Assembly: GCA_964613815.1 (NCBI GenBank)
Contig: CAZTKG010000001.1
Coordinates: forward strand, 72,895-136,894
Direction of reading: 5' to 3'
Origin: an uncultured Gammaproteobacteria bacterium
Lineage (GTDB): Bacteria; Patescibacteriota; Patescibacteriia; UBA9934
DNA length: 64,000 bases
Shown in pieces: positions 54,942-63,134 of this stretch. A program made the position numbers and the translations under genes. A model generated the notes under the pieces. It was not told where the DNA came from. It did not search any database and saw nothing but the letters and a program-made list of their open reading frames with translations. Within the stretch, counting starts at the first letter, position 1. Every line of letters begins with the position of its first letter.

Positions 54942-55024
54942 CTCTATACACTGAACCCCCGCCTTCCAGATGGATGGCGGGGGTTTTGAAGATGTCGAGG
55001 TCAGTGATGACTACTTCGATAGCA

Positions 55025-55053
55025 TTGACATCATTTGATTTTCTCTGTACATT
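55025..55053 (+). promoter_or_regulatory. Sigma-70-like promoter of the ExbB/ExbD-like operon
   Basis: TTGACA, 17 bp spacer, TACATT. Preceded by the upstream gene's terminator CCCCCGCC...GGCGGGGGTTTT (54956..54988). Confidence 0.5.
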
Positions 55054-55083
55054 CAGTCCTCGTTCTTTGCACTGGAGAAGATC

Positions 55084-55527
55084 ATGAATGAAGCGAAAAT
55101 GTTTGGAAGGTTGTGCGGTCTTCTTATCATCGGCTATCTTGTGAGCAGCATGCTGATTCCTGTTGTGTTCCCGGAGATTCGTGAGTATGGAAAGCAGGGC
55201 TGGGTGGTGAATGCACAAGGCGCAGTTTTTGGCGTCGGCGCGTACTCGTGGTACATGCGGTATCACGCGATGTTTGGGCAATATGCAAGGCTGCATCGAA
55301 AGCGGTTTGAGATGGCGGTGTCGATCATTCCGCTGCTCGGCTTTTATGGCACGGTCGTTGGGATGATTGCGTTTTTGCCCACTTGGGGCCGTGGTCAGCC
55401 TGATATCGATCAGCTTGGATATGCGTTTTTGACGACGGCCGGCGGACTTATTCTGACGAGTGTTTTGATGCTTGCTGACGGCTTGAGTCATGACGACTCT
55501 GCCATGCAAGACTGGCGGACTCAATGA
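55084..55527 (+). CDS. MotA/TolQ/ExbB-family proton-channel-like protein, minimal (147 aa, 3 TM)
   Basis: C-terminal GFYGTVVGMIAFL ... LGYAFLTTAGGLILTSVLML resembles the conserved last two helices of ExbB/TolQ/MotA. Confidence 0.5.
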   Translation: MNEAKMFGRLCGLLIIGYLVSSMLIPVVFPEIREYGKQGWVVNAQGAVFGVGAYSWYMRYHAMFGQYARLHRKRFEMAVSIIPLLGFYGTVVGMIAFLPTWGRGQPDIDQLGYAFLTTAGGLILTSVLMLADGLSHDDSAMQDWRTQ

Positions 55528-56018
55528 GAAACCTGTTCTACATTACGATGGCGGATCTGATGACCGGCTTTGCGTGCGTCATCCTCTTGATCGCGAGCCC
55601 GAAGTCGTCAGTTCATGAGCGCCCTCGGCCTCAACAATGGAATATTCATCCGGAAAGCAAGGCTGCCGGTGAGCCGATGGCCGTATACAGCGTTGAGGAA
55701 GATGTGTGGACGGTTCGCGTCTACGAATACCTGGGCAATTTTGATGCGGAGCTGTACTGCCTCGATGATCGCATTGCTATTTGGAAGGATCATGAGTGGC
55801 ATGTTGGTCAGATTGAAGATCCTTGGACGCAGATGTTGCTGCCTGATGATCTCGTGGGCGCCTTTCGGCTTGATCATGATGCGTGCAAGAGCCATGTTGT
55901 GGACGTGATTTATCGTCGTCATGTACAGGCACGCGTGTCCTGGATGAGGCCTCCGCCTGATCGGTTCATTATGACTGTCCCGCGTGAGTTGTTTGGAGTC
56001 GATGATGCGTCCGAATGA
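55524..56018 (+). CDS. ExbD/TolR/MotB-like partner (N-terminal TM with conserved Asp, no OmpA domain)
   Basis: ITMADLMTGFACVILLI matches the xxD(L/V)M(T/L)xxLLI(F) channel-plug helix. Start overlaps the upstream stop (ATGA). Confidence 0.45.
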   Translation: MRNLFYITMADLMTGFACVILLIASPKSSVHERPRPQQWNIHPESKAAGEPMAVYSVEEDVWTVRVYEYLGNFDAELYCLDDRIAIWKDHEWHVGQIEDPWTQMLLPDDLVGAFRLDHDACKSHVVDVIYRRHVQARVSWMRPPPDRFIMTVPRELFGVDDASE

Positions 56019-56229
56019 GATCGTGACCGTTATCGTTCTGCTTTCTGTGATCAGATTTGCCACGAACAGGCCTGATTTAGTCCTGGTCTCCATTGGATTC
56101 CTTGCCGTCATTTGGCTCGTCAGTTTTTTGATCAGGCGGTTTAACGTCGTTGGCTACACCATGTTGGCGTCAATTGTTACTGGATGCGTGATTGGTTACC
56201 TAGGGCTCACTGCTGGTTGCTGGTCATGA
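55984..56229 (+). CDS. Small membrane protein (2-3 TM), third gene of the operon
   Basis: MMRPNEIVTVIVLLSVIRFATNRPDLVLVSIGFLAVIWLVSFLI... Confidence 0.3.
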   Translation: MSCLESMMRPNEIVTVIVLLSVIRFATNRPDLVLVSIGFLAVIWLVSFLIRRFNVVGYTMLASIVTGCVIGYLGLTAGCWS

Positions 56230-56459
56230 GTTCGCATCATATTCTTGTTCTGTTTGGTGCATTGATTGCATTGAAGACAGGTCTCTTCAATGCGGCTGCG
56301 GGCGCTACGTTGATGTTTGCGCTCTGCTGGGCGATTGCCGTGTATCGTTTGTCACAATTCCTCGTTGACGATAGGCTCCATTCGATTTGCCTCGCGATTG
56401 TGTCTGCTTACCCGATTTGCCTCATTGTTATTATTGCAAGGCTCTACCCCACTCCCTGA
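56184..56459 (+). CDS. Small membrane protein (3 TM), fourth gene of the operon, followed by a terminator (56447..56477)
   Basis: MSSHHILVLFGALIALKTGLFNAAAGATLMFALCWAIAVY... then CCCCACTCCCTGAAGTAGGGGGTTTTTTT. Confidence 0.3.
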   Translation: MRDWLPRAHCWLLVMSSHHILVLFGALIALKTGLFNAAAGATLMFALCWAIAVYRLSQFLVDDRLHSICLAIVSAYPICLIVIIARLYPTP

Positions 56460-57221
56460 AGTAGGGGGTTTTTTTCTTGCTAGGATAATTCGTTCGTCGT
56501 TTTCCGGTTCCATGTCGTCATTCCGTTCGAAATTCCATAAACCAATCCAAGGAGTCTGCTTGCTCAGTTTGATGTCGAATTTATCTTTAAGGAGATTGTT
56601 TAGCTGGCTTTCATCCAAGCAATGTGGGTGGGCGAGGTCTCGTTTTTGTTGTTCTGAAAAAACTTCTACGGTGAGAAGGAAGTGGCCTCCTGGTTTGAGT
56701 ACACGGTGGATTTCGTTGATGGTTTTTTCCGGGTTTTCGACGTGGTCGAGAACGTTTGAGTTGATGACCATATCAAAGTGCTCAGATTCGAATGGAATTC
56801 CCTCCCCTGTTCCGGTGATGATATTTATACCTGCTGGATAGCTGTAGAGCTTCTTGTACTGCTCTGCGAGCGGGTCTAGGCCGTATTGTTGGCTTCCGAT
56901 GAAGTGGAGGGCCGTGGAGATGCCGCAGCCGACATCAAGGACTCGACCTGTGGTGATGTCGATGTGTTGTTTGATGTCGTTTAAGAATCGATGCTGGTTC
57001 CAAAAGCGCTCGACGATTGCTGGATCTTGCGAAAAGCGTTTTGCCCAGCGTTCTTGATATGCGAGTTCGAAATCGTCTTTTTTGAACCATTTGTGAAGGA
57101 TCTCTTCTGGGAGAGCTTTTTTGATTGATTCTCGGATAGGCTTTGGGAGTCGTTGACCTAGTTTGATGATCATATGTTTATCCCCTCCCATCTCGAGCGA
57201 AGTCGAGAGATCTCTCCACAA
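56352..57221 (-). CDS. Class I SAM-dependent methyltransferase
   Basis: VLDVGCGISTALHF motif I and LKPGGHFLLT post-II. The true start is probably the MIIKLGQ Met (about 57173). Confidence 0.75.
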   Translation of the reverse strand: MWRDLSTSLEMGGDKHMIIKLGQRLPKPIRESIKKALPEEILHKWFKKDDFELAYQERWAKRFSQDPAIVERFWNQHRFLNDIKQHIDITTGRVLDVGCGISTALHFIGSQQYGLDPLAEQYKKLYSYPAGINIITGTGEGIPFESEHFDMVINSNVLDHVENPEKTINEIHRVLKPGGHFLLTVEVFSEQQKRDLAHPHCLDESQLNNLLKDKFDIKLSKQTPWIGLWNFERNDDMEPENDERIILARKKPPTSGSGVEPCNNNNEANRVSRHNREANRMEPIVNEEL

Positions 57222-57233
57222 GGTCGAGATGGG
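57187..57233. repeat. Dispersed palindromic repeat, copy 7 (most complete unit)
   Basis: CCCATCTCGAGCGAAGTCGAGAGATCTCTCCACAAGGTCGAGATGGG. Confidence 0.85.
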
Positions 57234-57243
57234 AATGAGGTGA

Positions 57244-58140
57244 TTAGGATTTCCATGTTGAAAGATCTTTTTGCAAAATTACTTCAACGTAGTTGATGTC
57301 TTCCGCGAACTCTTTTATGAGTTCTTGGCGTGTTTTTGGCTTCATCTTCGGGTATTCTGCATTTGATGTGAGCGGGAGGGCTTGCTTGAGTTTTCTGAGC
57401 CTCGTTTGAATTCTAAGTGGGCCGTCTGGGATTTTGTGACCAATGTTTGCAAGTGCGCGTTGCAGTGCTGGAAATTTTGGTTTGGCGAATTTGTTTATTT
57501 CTGTTTGGGTTTGGAATGTGAAGCTGGAGTCAACGTTTAGAAATTCGCATGCGGTCTTCATGAGTGCGGCTGGGCTTGACCTTAGGTCTTCAGCGGTCAT
57601 GATGAGGATTTGAGTGTCTGGGAAGTATTGTTTGTACCGTTTGATGTGACCCTTGTAATGACTGACTTCTTTGTAGAGCTGCAGCCTCGGGTGATCGTCC
57701 TCAATCATTTTATCAAACGTCGGGAAGTCGTCGTTCTTAAATCCAAATCTTGATTCTTGCCAGTATTGTGAATATAGACGCTTGACCGGGTCTCTTAGCA
57801 TGAAGATAATTTTTGCGTCTGGGACGTGGGTTTTGATGAGCTCTGGCGTGTCCTCTGTGTGGATATAGAAGGTCGTGGCTTCACCGATCGCTGATGCGGC
57901 GCCAGCGGTATTGAAAAGCGGAAGGTACCAACTTAGTCCCCTATCATAATATCCTTGGTAGAGCGGCGCTGAGGAGGTTTTGATGGATTGCTTTGACCCC
58001 AGCACGCCCTCTGTTCGCGAGAAGAAGCCTGGTTCTTTTGGGTCAGAGAGAAAAATGTCCGAATGTTGGTTGAGAAAATCCCAGAGTGCAGTGGTTCCGC
58101 ACTTTGGTCCGCCGACGATGATGAAGTTTGGGAGTGGCAT
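57244..58140 (-). CDS. Sulfotransferase-family protein
   Basis: IIVGGPKCGTTAL 5'-PSB loop and RDP 3'-PB motif (FMLRDPVKRLYSQY). Confidence 0.75.
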   Translation of the reverse strand: MPLPNFIIVGGPKCGTTALWDFLNQHSDIFLSDPKEPGFFSRTEGVLGSKQSIKTSSAPLYQGYYDRGLSWYLPLFNTAGAASAIGEATTFYIHTEDTPELIKTHVPDAKIIFMLRDPVKRLYSQYWQESRFGFKNDDFPTFDKMIEDDHPRLQLYKEVSHYKGHIKRYKQYFPDTQILIMTAEDLRSSPAALMKTACEFLNVDSSFTFQTQTEINKFAKPKFPALQRALANIGHKIPDGPLRIQTRLRKLKQALPLTSNAEYPKMKPKTRQELIKEFAEDINYVEVILQKDLSTWKS

Positions 58141-58181
58141 AAGGACTGGCGCGATTTCTGATAATTTCGTAGGATTATACT

Positions 58182-59057
58182 ATGCATGACTCGCCGTCAA
58201 CATACAATGTGCCGTCCACATTGCCTGCTATTAGTGTTGTGATCCCCTGTTTTAATCATGGGCAGTATGTTGAGGAGGCGATCGATTCGGTGTTGGCGAG
58301 TGATTTTCAGGATTTTGAGATTATCGTTATTAACGATGGGTCTACGGACGCGTTTACGAATAGTTTGCTGAAGCGATTGAAGAAGCCTCGTACGCGAGTG
58401 ATTCATCAGGAGAATCAGGGGCTGGCGCAGACGCGGAATAATGGGATTGCGGTGAGTAAGGGGAAGTATTTTTTGCCGCTTGATGCGGATGATAAGATTC
58501 ATAAGACGTATTTGCGGAAGGCGTATGAGATTTTGGAGGCGGATCATGGGCTGGGGTTTGTGTTTAGTGATTATGCGAACTTTGGAATGCATGACACTGT
58601 TTGGCGACAGCCTGAGTATAGTTTCTATCGAACATTGTGGGAGAATCAAGTGACCGGTTGCGCATTGACTCGTAAAGCTGCTTGGCATGAAGTGCACGGA
58701 TATAATCCGAACATGATTTATGGTTATGAGGATTGGGATTTTTGGGTGAACTTGGGAAAGCATGGATGGCATGGAAGGAGAATTTCTGATGTTTTATTTT
58801 ACTATCGACGAGCAGATGAGAGCATGGTTTCCAGGGCGCGTTTGCACCGGAAATGGCTTGTGAAGCGTCTTCGTGAAAATCATTTGGATATTTACTCTGA
58901 TCTTTTTCGTATTCGATCCATCCGTCGTGAATGGGGGGCTAAATTGGTTGTCACTCGCGGTTTGATCGCGCTCAAAAACATTGCTCGCTCTGCAGTATTT
59001 CCTCCTTCAGCGCGCATGTACCTAAGGAAGACCTGGTCGGGTAAGCAAATGAGATAG
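58182..59057 (+). CDS. Family 2 glycosyltransferase
   Basis: ISVVIPCFNHGQYVEEAIDSV...EIIVINDGSTD...LPLDADD (DxD) GT-A signature. Confidence 0.8.
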   Translation: MHDSPSTYNVPSTLPAISVVIPCFNHGQYVEEAIDSVLASDFQDFEIIVINDGSTDAFTNSLLKRLKKPRTRVIHQENQGLAQTRNNGIAVSKGKYFLPLDADDKIHKTYLRKAYEILEADHGLGFVFSDYANFGMHDTVWRQPEYSFYRTLWENQVTGCALTRKAAWHEVHGYNPNMIYGYEDWDFWVNLGKHGWHGRRISDVLFYYRRADESMVSRARLHRKWLVKRLRENHLDIYSDLFRIRSIRREWGAKLVVTRGLIALKNIARSAVFPPSARMYLRKTWSGKQMR

Positions 59058-59059
59058 TT

Positions 59060-60373
59060 ATGAATGAAGGATCGCGAAGCTGGAGGCTCGTTGCAGCAGA
59101 CGTTGTTCTGTTGTATACGTCTTTAGCCATAGCGCTCTTCCTACGTGGGGGGAAAGATTTTTTTTGGGACGAGTGGCCACAGCACTTTGTGCCGTTTTCC
59201 ATTTTGATCGGGATTTGGATTATTGTTTTTTTCATTTTAGATTTGTATTCCCTTTACCGCTGGCGTTCGCGAACTGAGCTGGTTTACCGTCTATGCACCG
59301 CCGTTCTTATTAACATCGCTTTCACGATTGCATTTTTTTACGTTGTTGGCAGTTTTGATATTTCCCCTAAAACAAATCTTGCTCTTTTTGCAGGATGTTT
59401 TCTGGTCCTCGGTCTTTGTTGGCGAATCTTAGAGCAACGTCATGTACGCGATTCTATGCGACAACATGTTGCCTTTTTTGCGCTTGGAGAAAATGAATCA
59501 AGTCTTTTTCATGACTTTTGTTCAAGAAATTCCGAAATTTATACGCTTTCTGGGCGTGTCGCGGACGACCGCGCTCAACTGGATTCGCTTCTGAGCAGTC
59601 AACATGTCGATCTTATTGTTACTGGTGACCGCGCCTTCCATGCACATGTAGACTACTGGTATAAGCTTGCGCTCGCAGGGTACACAGTATTAGATTCTCC
59701 TCATTTTTGGGAGCGCATTCACAGGCGAGTCCCACTTTCAGCTCATTCTATTTCCCACACACTTCATACCATTCAGACTGTTGATAAACGTGAGTTTGAC
59801 CGGGTCAAGCGAATTGTCGACCTGGCGCTCTGCCTCCTTGTGTTTTTGCTGATTTGGTGGTTGATCTTAATCATCCCTGTCGCTATTGCCCTCTCAAGTC
59901 GTGGTCCAATTTTTTACAGGCAAATTCGGGTCGGACTGAACGGTAAGCGATTCTCCTTGATTAAATTTAGAACCATGATCCCCGAAGCTGAAGTAGACGG
60001 GCCGCGCTGGTCAACGCTTAATGACACTCGGGTGACATCTGTTGGAGCAATCTTGAGACATATGCATTTAGATGAGCTTCCACAGCTGTGGAATATTTTC
60101 CGCGGAGACATGTCGTTTGTTGGTCCTAGACCTGAGCGTCCGGTTTTTGTCCATCAACTCACGCGTAGTGTTCCTTTTTATCAAGCGAGGCATTTTGCAA
60201 GGCCCGGCATCACTGGTTGGGCGCAAATTAATTATCCGTACGGTGCTAGCGTAGAAGATGCTTCAATGAAACATATGTACGATCTGTACTACCTATCTCA
60301 TCGCTCCGCTTTTCTTGATCTTAAGATCTTACTTAAAACTATTACCATGTTTGTTCGTGGAGAAGGTCGATAG
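59060..60373 (+). CDS. Polyprenyl-phosphate sugar-phosphotransferase (bacterial sugar transferase, WbaP/PglC-like)
   Basis: KRIVDLALCLLVFLLIWWLILII...GPIFYRQIRVGLNGKRFSLIKFRTM...DELPQLWNIFRGDMSFVGPRPE, the canonical PGT C-terminal domain. Confidence 0.85.
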   Translation: MNEGSRSWRLVAADVVLLYTSLAIALFLRGGKDFFWDEWPQHFVPFSILIGIWIIVFFILDLYSLYRWRSRTELVYRLCTAVLINIAFTIAFFYVVGSFDISPKTNLALFAGCFLVLGLCWRILEQRHVRDSMRQHVAFFALGENESSLFHDFCSRNSEIYTLSGRVADDRAQLDSLLSSQHVDLIVTGDRAFHAHVDYWYKLALAGYTVLDSPHFWERIHRRVPLSAHSISHTLHTIQTVDKREFDRVKRIVDLALCLLVFLLIWWLILIIPVAIALSSRGPIFYRQIRVGLNGKRFSLIKFRTMIPEAEVDGPRWSTLNDTRVTSVGAILRHMHLDELPQLWNIFRGDMSFVGPRPERPVFVHQLTRSVPFYQARHFARPGITGWAQINYPYGASVEDASMKHMYDLYYLSHRSAFLDLKILLKTITMFVRGEGR

Positions 60374-60519
60374 CTCATGTTTTTGCACGGTAACTATCTG
60401 GAGAAGCCATCATTGTTTGTGCAGTTCTTTTACCGTTTTACCATTTGCATTTTTTGAGTTTGTTCTCCCCTTTTTGACTGAGCTCCGAGATTTCTTAATC
60501 ATTTTTCGATAAAAGTTCA

Positions 60520-62760
60520 TTGTCTATGCCTAAGCAAATACGATCACGTCATATTATCTCAGCGATACAGGTTGCCGCCATTTTTCTCACTGCAACGCCG
60601 CTTTTCTCATTTCATTTGACGTATTTTACTCATTCAATGCCAAAGGCGATCTGGTTTTTTTTCTTCATCGAAATCATGACATTTCTCTGGGTACCGCTTG
60701 CTATTCAGTATCCTCAATTCCGGCCAAAGTTTCGTTCTCCACTTTTTTTTGTCGTTTCAGCATTCACTGTACTACTTTCTATTTCTACGATTTTTAGTCT
60801 GGATCCGATTCGCTCCTTTTGGTCCGTTTCCGGCCGTATGAGTGGCCTGTTTTTTTACCTCCACCTTTGGGCACTGTTCACCGTGCTCTCATCGCTACGG
60901 TTAAAATGGCAGCAGTGGCAAACTATTTTTTACTCAAGCGTCGTCTTTAGCACGATCGTTTGCAGTATCGGTGTCTTTTTTGAGCTTTTTACCTATATCG
61001 ACAATGAAAAGCTGCGACTTTTGTCGACCACGGGCAACCCATTGCTCCTCGCATCTCTTTGTACATTTCATCTTTTTGTCATTTTGCTTTTACTGCTACG
61101 TGAGCGTAGCTTTCGACTCCGTGTCGCGCTCGTTTTCTCGTTGTTGCTGCATGGAATTACGCTGATATTAACGGGAAGTCGTTCCACGATTTTAGCTATT
61201 TCCATTAGTTTTTTTGTGGTCGCTATATGCCTCGTGTACACAAAATCAAGATCTCACCGAATGAAAAAGCGTCTCATGTTACTCCTTGTTTCGCTTGTGC
61301 TACTTGCCTGCTCTTTCCTTTTCTTTGTTCGAGCTTCGCCTGGTGCGCAATGGGCAGAAAATCACCTTCCTTTTTCTGTTCATCGAATCCTGACTGAAGA
61401 TTTTGGTGCTGATAGAATCGAATTGTGGTCTATTGCCTTCTCTGGCTTTATGCAACGACCCTTGCTCGGCTGGGGGCTTGATGGCTTCGTCGTTGTCTTT
61501 GACAGTCTATTTTCTCCATCAGAATACCCATCTTTAGTGGGCGGAGTTTGGTTCAGCCGCGCGCATAGTCAGCCTTTTGATATTCTTGTTGCTGGTGGGG
61601 TTTTTGTTTTCTTTGCATATCTTTCGATTTGGGTTACGGCAATGTATCTCGCCTCAAAGCGTTTTATTTCTTTAAAAGATTTGGAATCCCTTATTTTGCT
61701 CGGCGCCCTGATTGCGATGTTTACATATAGCCTCTTCATGTTTGATCATTCTGGATTTGCGTTGTCGACTTTCATGCTGCTTGCGTTTGTTTCTCGCCCA
61801 GAAACCAAGGAAGATTTACATGACCTCGTTGTTACGCCATCTTTTACGTACGCGGCTTCAATAGGCGTTGCTGTTTGTATTTTTCTGACCTGTCTTTTGC
61901 CTCCTGTTCGCAATTCGATTATCCATAAACAGGCTATGACCTCGCTTGAATCTGGAAATTTTGAGGAAACTGAAAAGTTATTTATGCAGCTCTTTCAAGA
62001 GGAGCACGTTTACTCGGATGACCACATAAGACACACGTTTCAAACTTTTTTTGACTGGCACGTCCTGCAGGAGCACCGGTCAACTGCCATGCATGAATCC
62101 TTGATGCGCTTATCAACTGCGGCCGAGGCAGCAGTTTCCCGTCGTCCGTTTGATTATCAGATGCGATACATAGCTGCATACCTTCAGCTTTTTCTTGTAG
62201 ATTACGGGGACTTGTCACGCATGCTCGTGGCGGAAAATCACGTCTTAAAGCTAGATGAACTTGGTCCTCGCCGCTCAGAGCGACTTGAGATAGCAGCAAT
62301 GATTGCCGTGCGACGAGGGAATCCGGCTCAAGCTGTTCTCCTCTATGATGAAGCTCTTCTGATCGCTCAAAGTCGTTCCCATTCACTTGGATTCCTGCTA
62401 CTTAATAAGTCGGTTATTCTCTTGCGGCAAGGAGCCTACGTTGAAGCCTTTGGCCTTTTTGGCGAAATGAACGACTATAATTACCCCTATGAGTTCGATG
62501 TCCGTATAGCTACCGCAATATCTGAATCCATGCTTTCTCGTGGTGCTCCAGAAGACCCCTCAGTTCGATCGTTTATAATCAACCATTTTGATTTGATTGG
62601 CAGCAAGTGGCCGTCGAATCCATCGTTTTTAAAAGCCCGCGTCATCGTCGATTATTTTCTAGAAGATTATTCCGCTATGGCTGCACACTATGATATGCTC
62701 CTCGTTGCTGATTCGGCGGCTGCCGATGGGGTATCCTGGGTTTTTGATGCGCTTAATTGA
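60520..62760 (+). CDS. O-antigen ligase/polymerase-like (Wzy_C) polytopic membrane protein with C-terminal soluble TPR-like domain
   Basis: About 12 TM helices including LTGSRSTILAISISFF (Wzy_C-like loop region), then a 300-aa helical repeat domain. Confidence 0.5.
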   Translation: MSMPKQIRSRHIISAIQVAAIFLTATPLFSFHLTYFTHSMPKAIWFFFFIEIMTFLWVPLAIQYPQFRPKFRSPLFFVVSAFTVLLSISTIFSLDPIRSFWSVSGRMSGLFFYLHLWALFTVLSSLRLKWQQWQTIFYSSVVFSTIVCSIGVFFELFTYIDNEKLRLLSTTGNPLLLASLCTFHLFVILLLLLRERSFRLRVALVFSLLLHGITLILTGSRSTILAISISFFVVAICLVYTKSRSHRMKKRLMLLLVSLVLLACSFLFFVRASPGAQWAENHLPFSVHRILTEDFGADRIELWSIAFSGFMQRPLLGWGLDGFVVVFDSLFSPSEYPSLVGGVWFSRAHSQPFDILVAGGVFVFFAYLSIWVTAMYLASKRFISLKDLESLILLGALIAMFTYSLFMFDHSGFALSTFMLLAFVSRPETKEDLHDLVVTPSFTYAASIGVAVCIFLTCLLPPVRNSIIHKQAMTSLESGNFEETEKLFMQLFQEEHVYSDDHIRHTFQTFFDWHVLQEHRSTAMHESLMRLSTAAEAAVSRRPFDYQMRYIAAYLQLFLVDYGDLSRMLVAENHVLKLDELGPRRSERLEIAAMIAVRRGNPAQAVLLYDEALLIAQSRSHSLGFLLLNKSVILLRQGAYVEAFGLFGEMNDYNYPYEFDVRIATAISESMLSRGAPEDPSVRSFIINHFDLIGSKWPSNPSFLKARVIVDYFLEDYSAMAAHYDMLLVADSAAADGVSWVFDALN

Positions 62761-63116
62761 TTTGTCACCATTCTCACTACATCAGAAATATCAACTTGCG
62801 TTTTTACGAGATACATAGACACTCCAAGCTGCTTACAGGTTTCGCGGTCCTTCTCCTGACCAAGATTTGACAGCACGACGGTTGGTACCTTTTTTGTGTT
62901 TAATGCTTGCAGCTCTCTAAGGAAGTCAAAGCCATTCATTTGTGGCATTATGAGATCTGTCATCACGAGACTGAAGATGTTGTCCTTGAATTCCTTCAGT
63001 CCCTCCTTTCCATTTTTTGCTACCTTTACTTGAATTCCCTTCTCTTCCAGGAGGTGTGAATAAATGTCGGAAAGGAAATGGTCGTCCTCCACGATTAATA
63101 CGTTTTGCTTTGCCAT
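62688..63116 (-). CDS. Single-domain response regulator (CheY-like receiver)
   Basis: VLIVEDD...VMTDLIMPQMNGFDFLREL...VVLSNLG...YLVKT REC motifs. 3' end overlaps the convergent ligase gene by about 70 nt. Confidence 0.8.
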   Translation of the reverse strand: MAKQNVLIVEDDHFLSDIYSHLLEEKGIQVKVAKNGKEGLKEFKDNIFSLVMTDLIMPQMNGFDFLRELQALNTKKVPTVVLSNLGQEKDRETCKQLGVSMYLVKTQVDISDVVRMVTNQLSASKTQDTPSAAAESATRSIS

Positions 63117-63134
63117 AGTGCGAGTCTGCTTGAA

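Noticed and set aside
62688-62760. 72-nt convergent overlap between the response regulator and the ligase-like gene as evidence of a mis-called gene
   Set aside because: Both ORFs carry strong family motifs throughout. The overlap more likely reflects tail-to-tail packing or a slightly earlier true stop not resolvable by eye.
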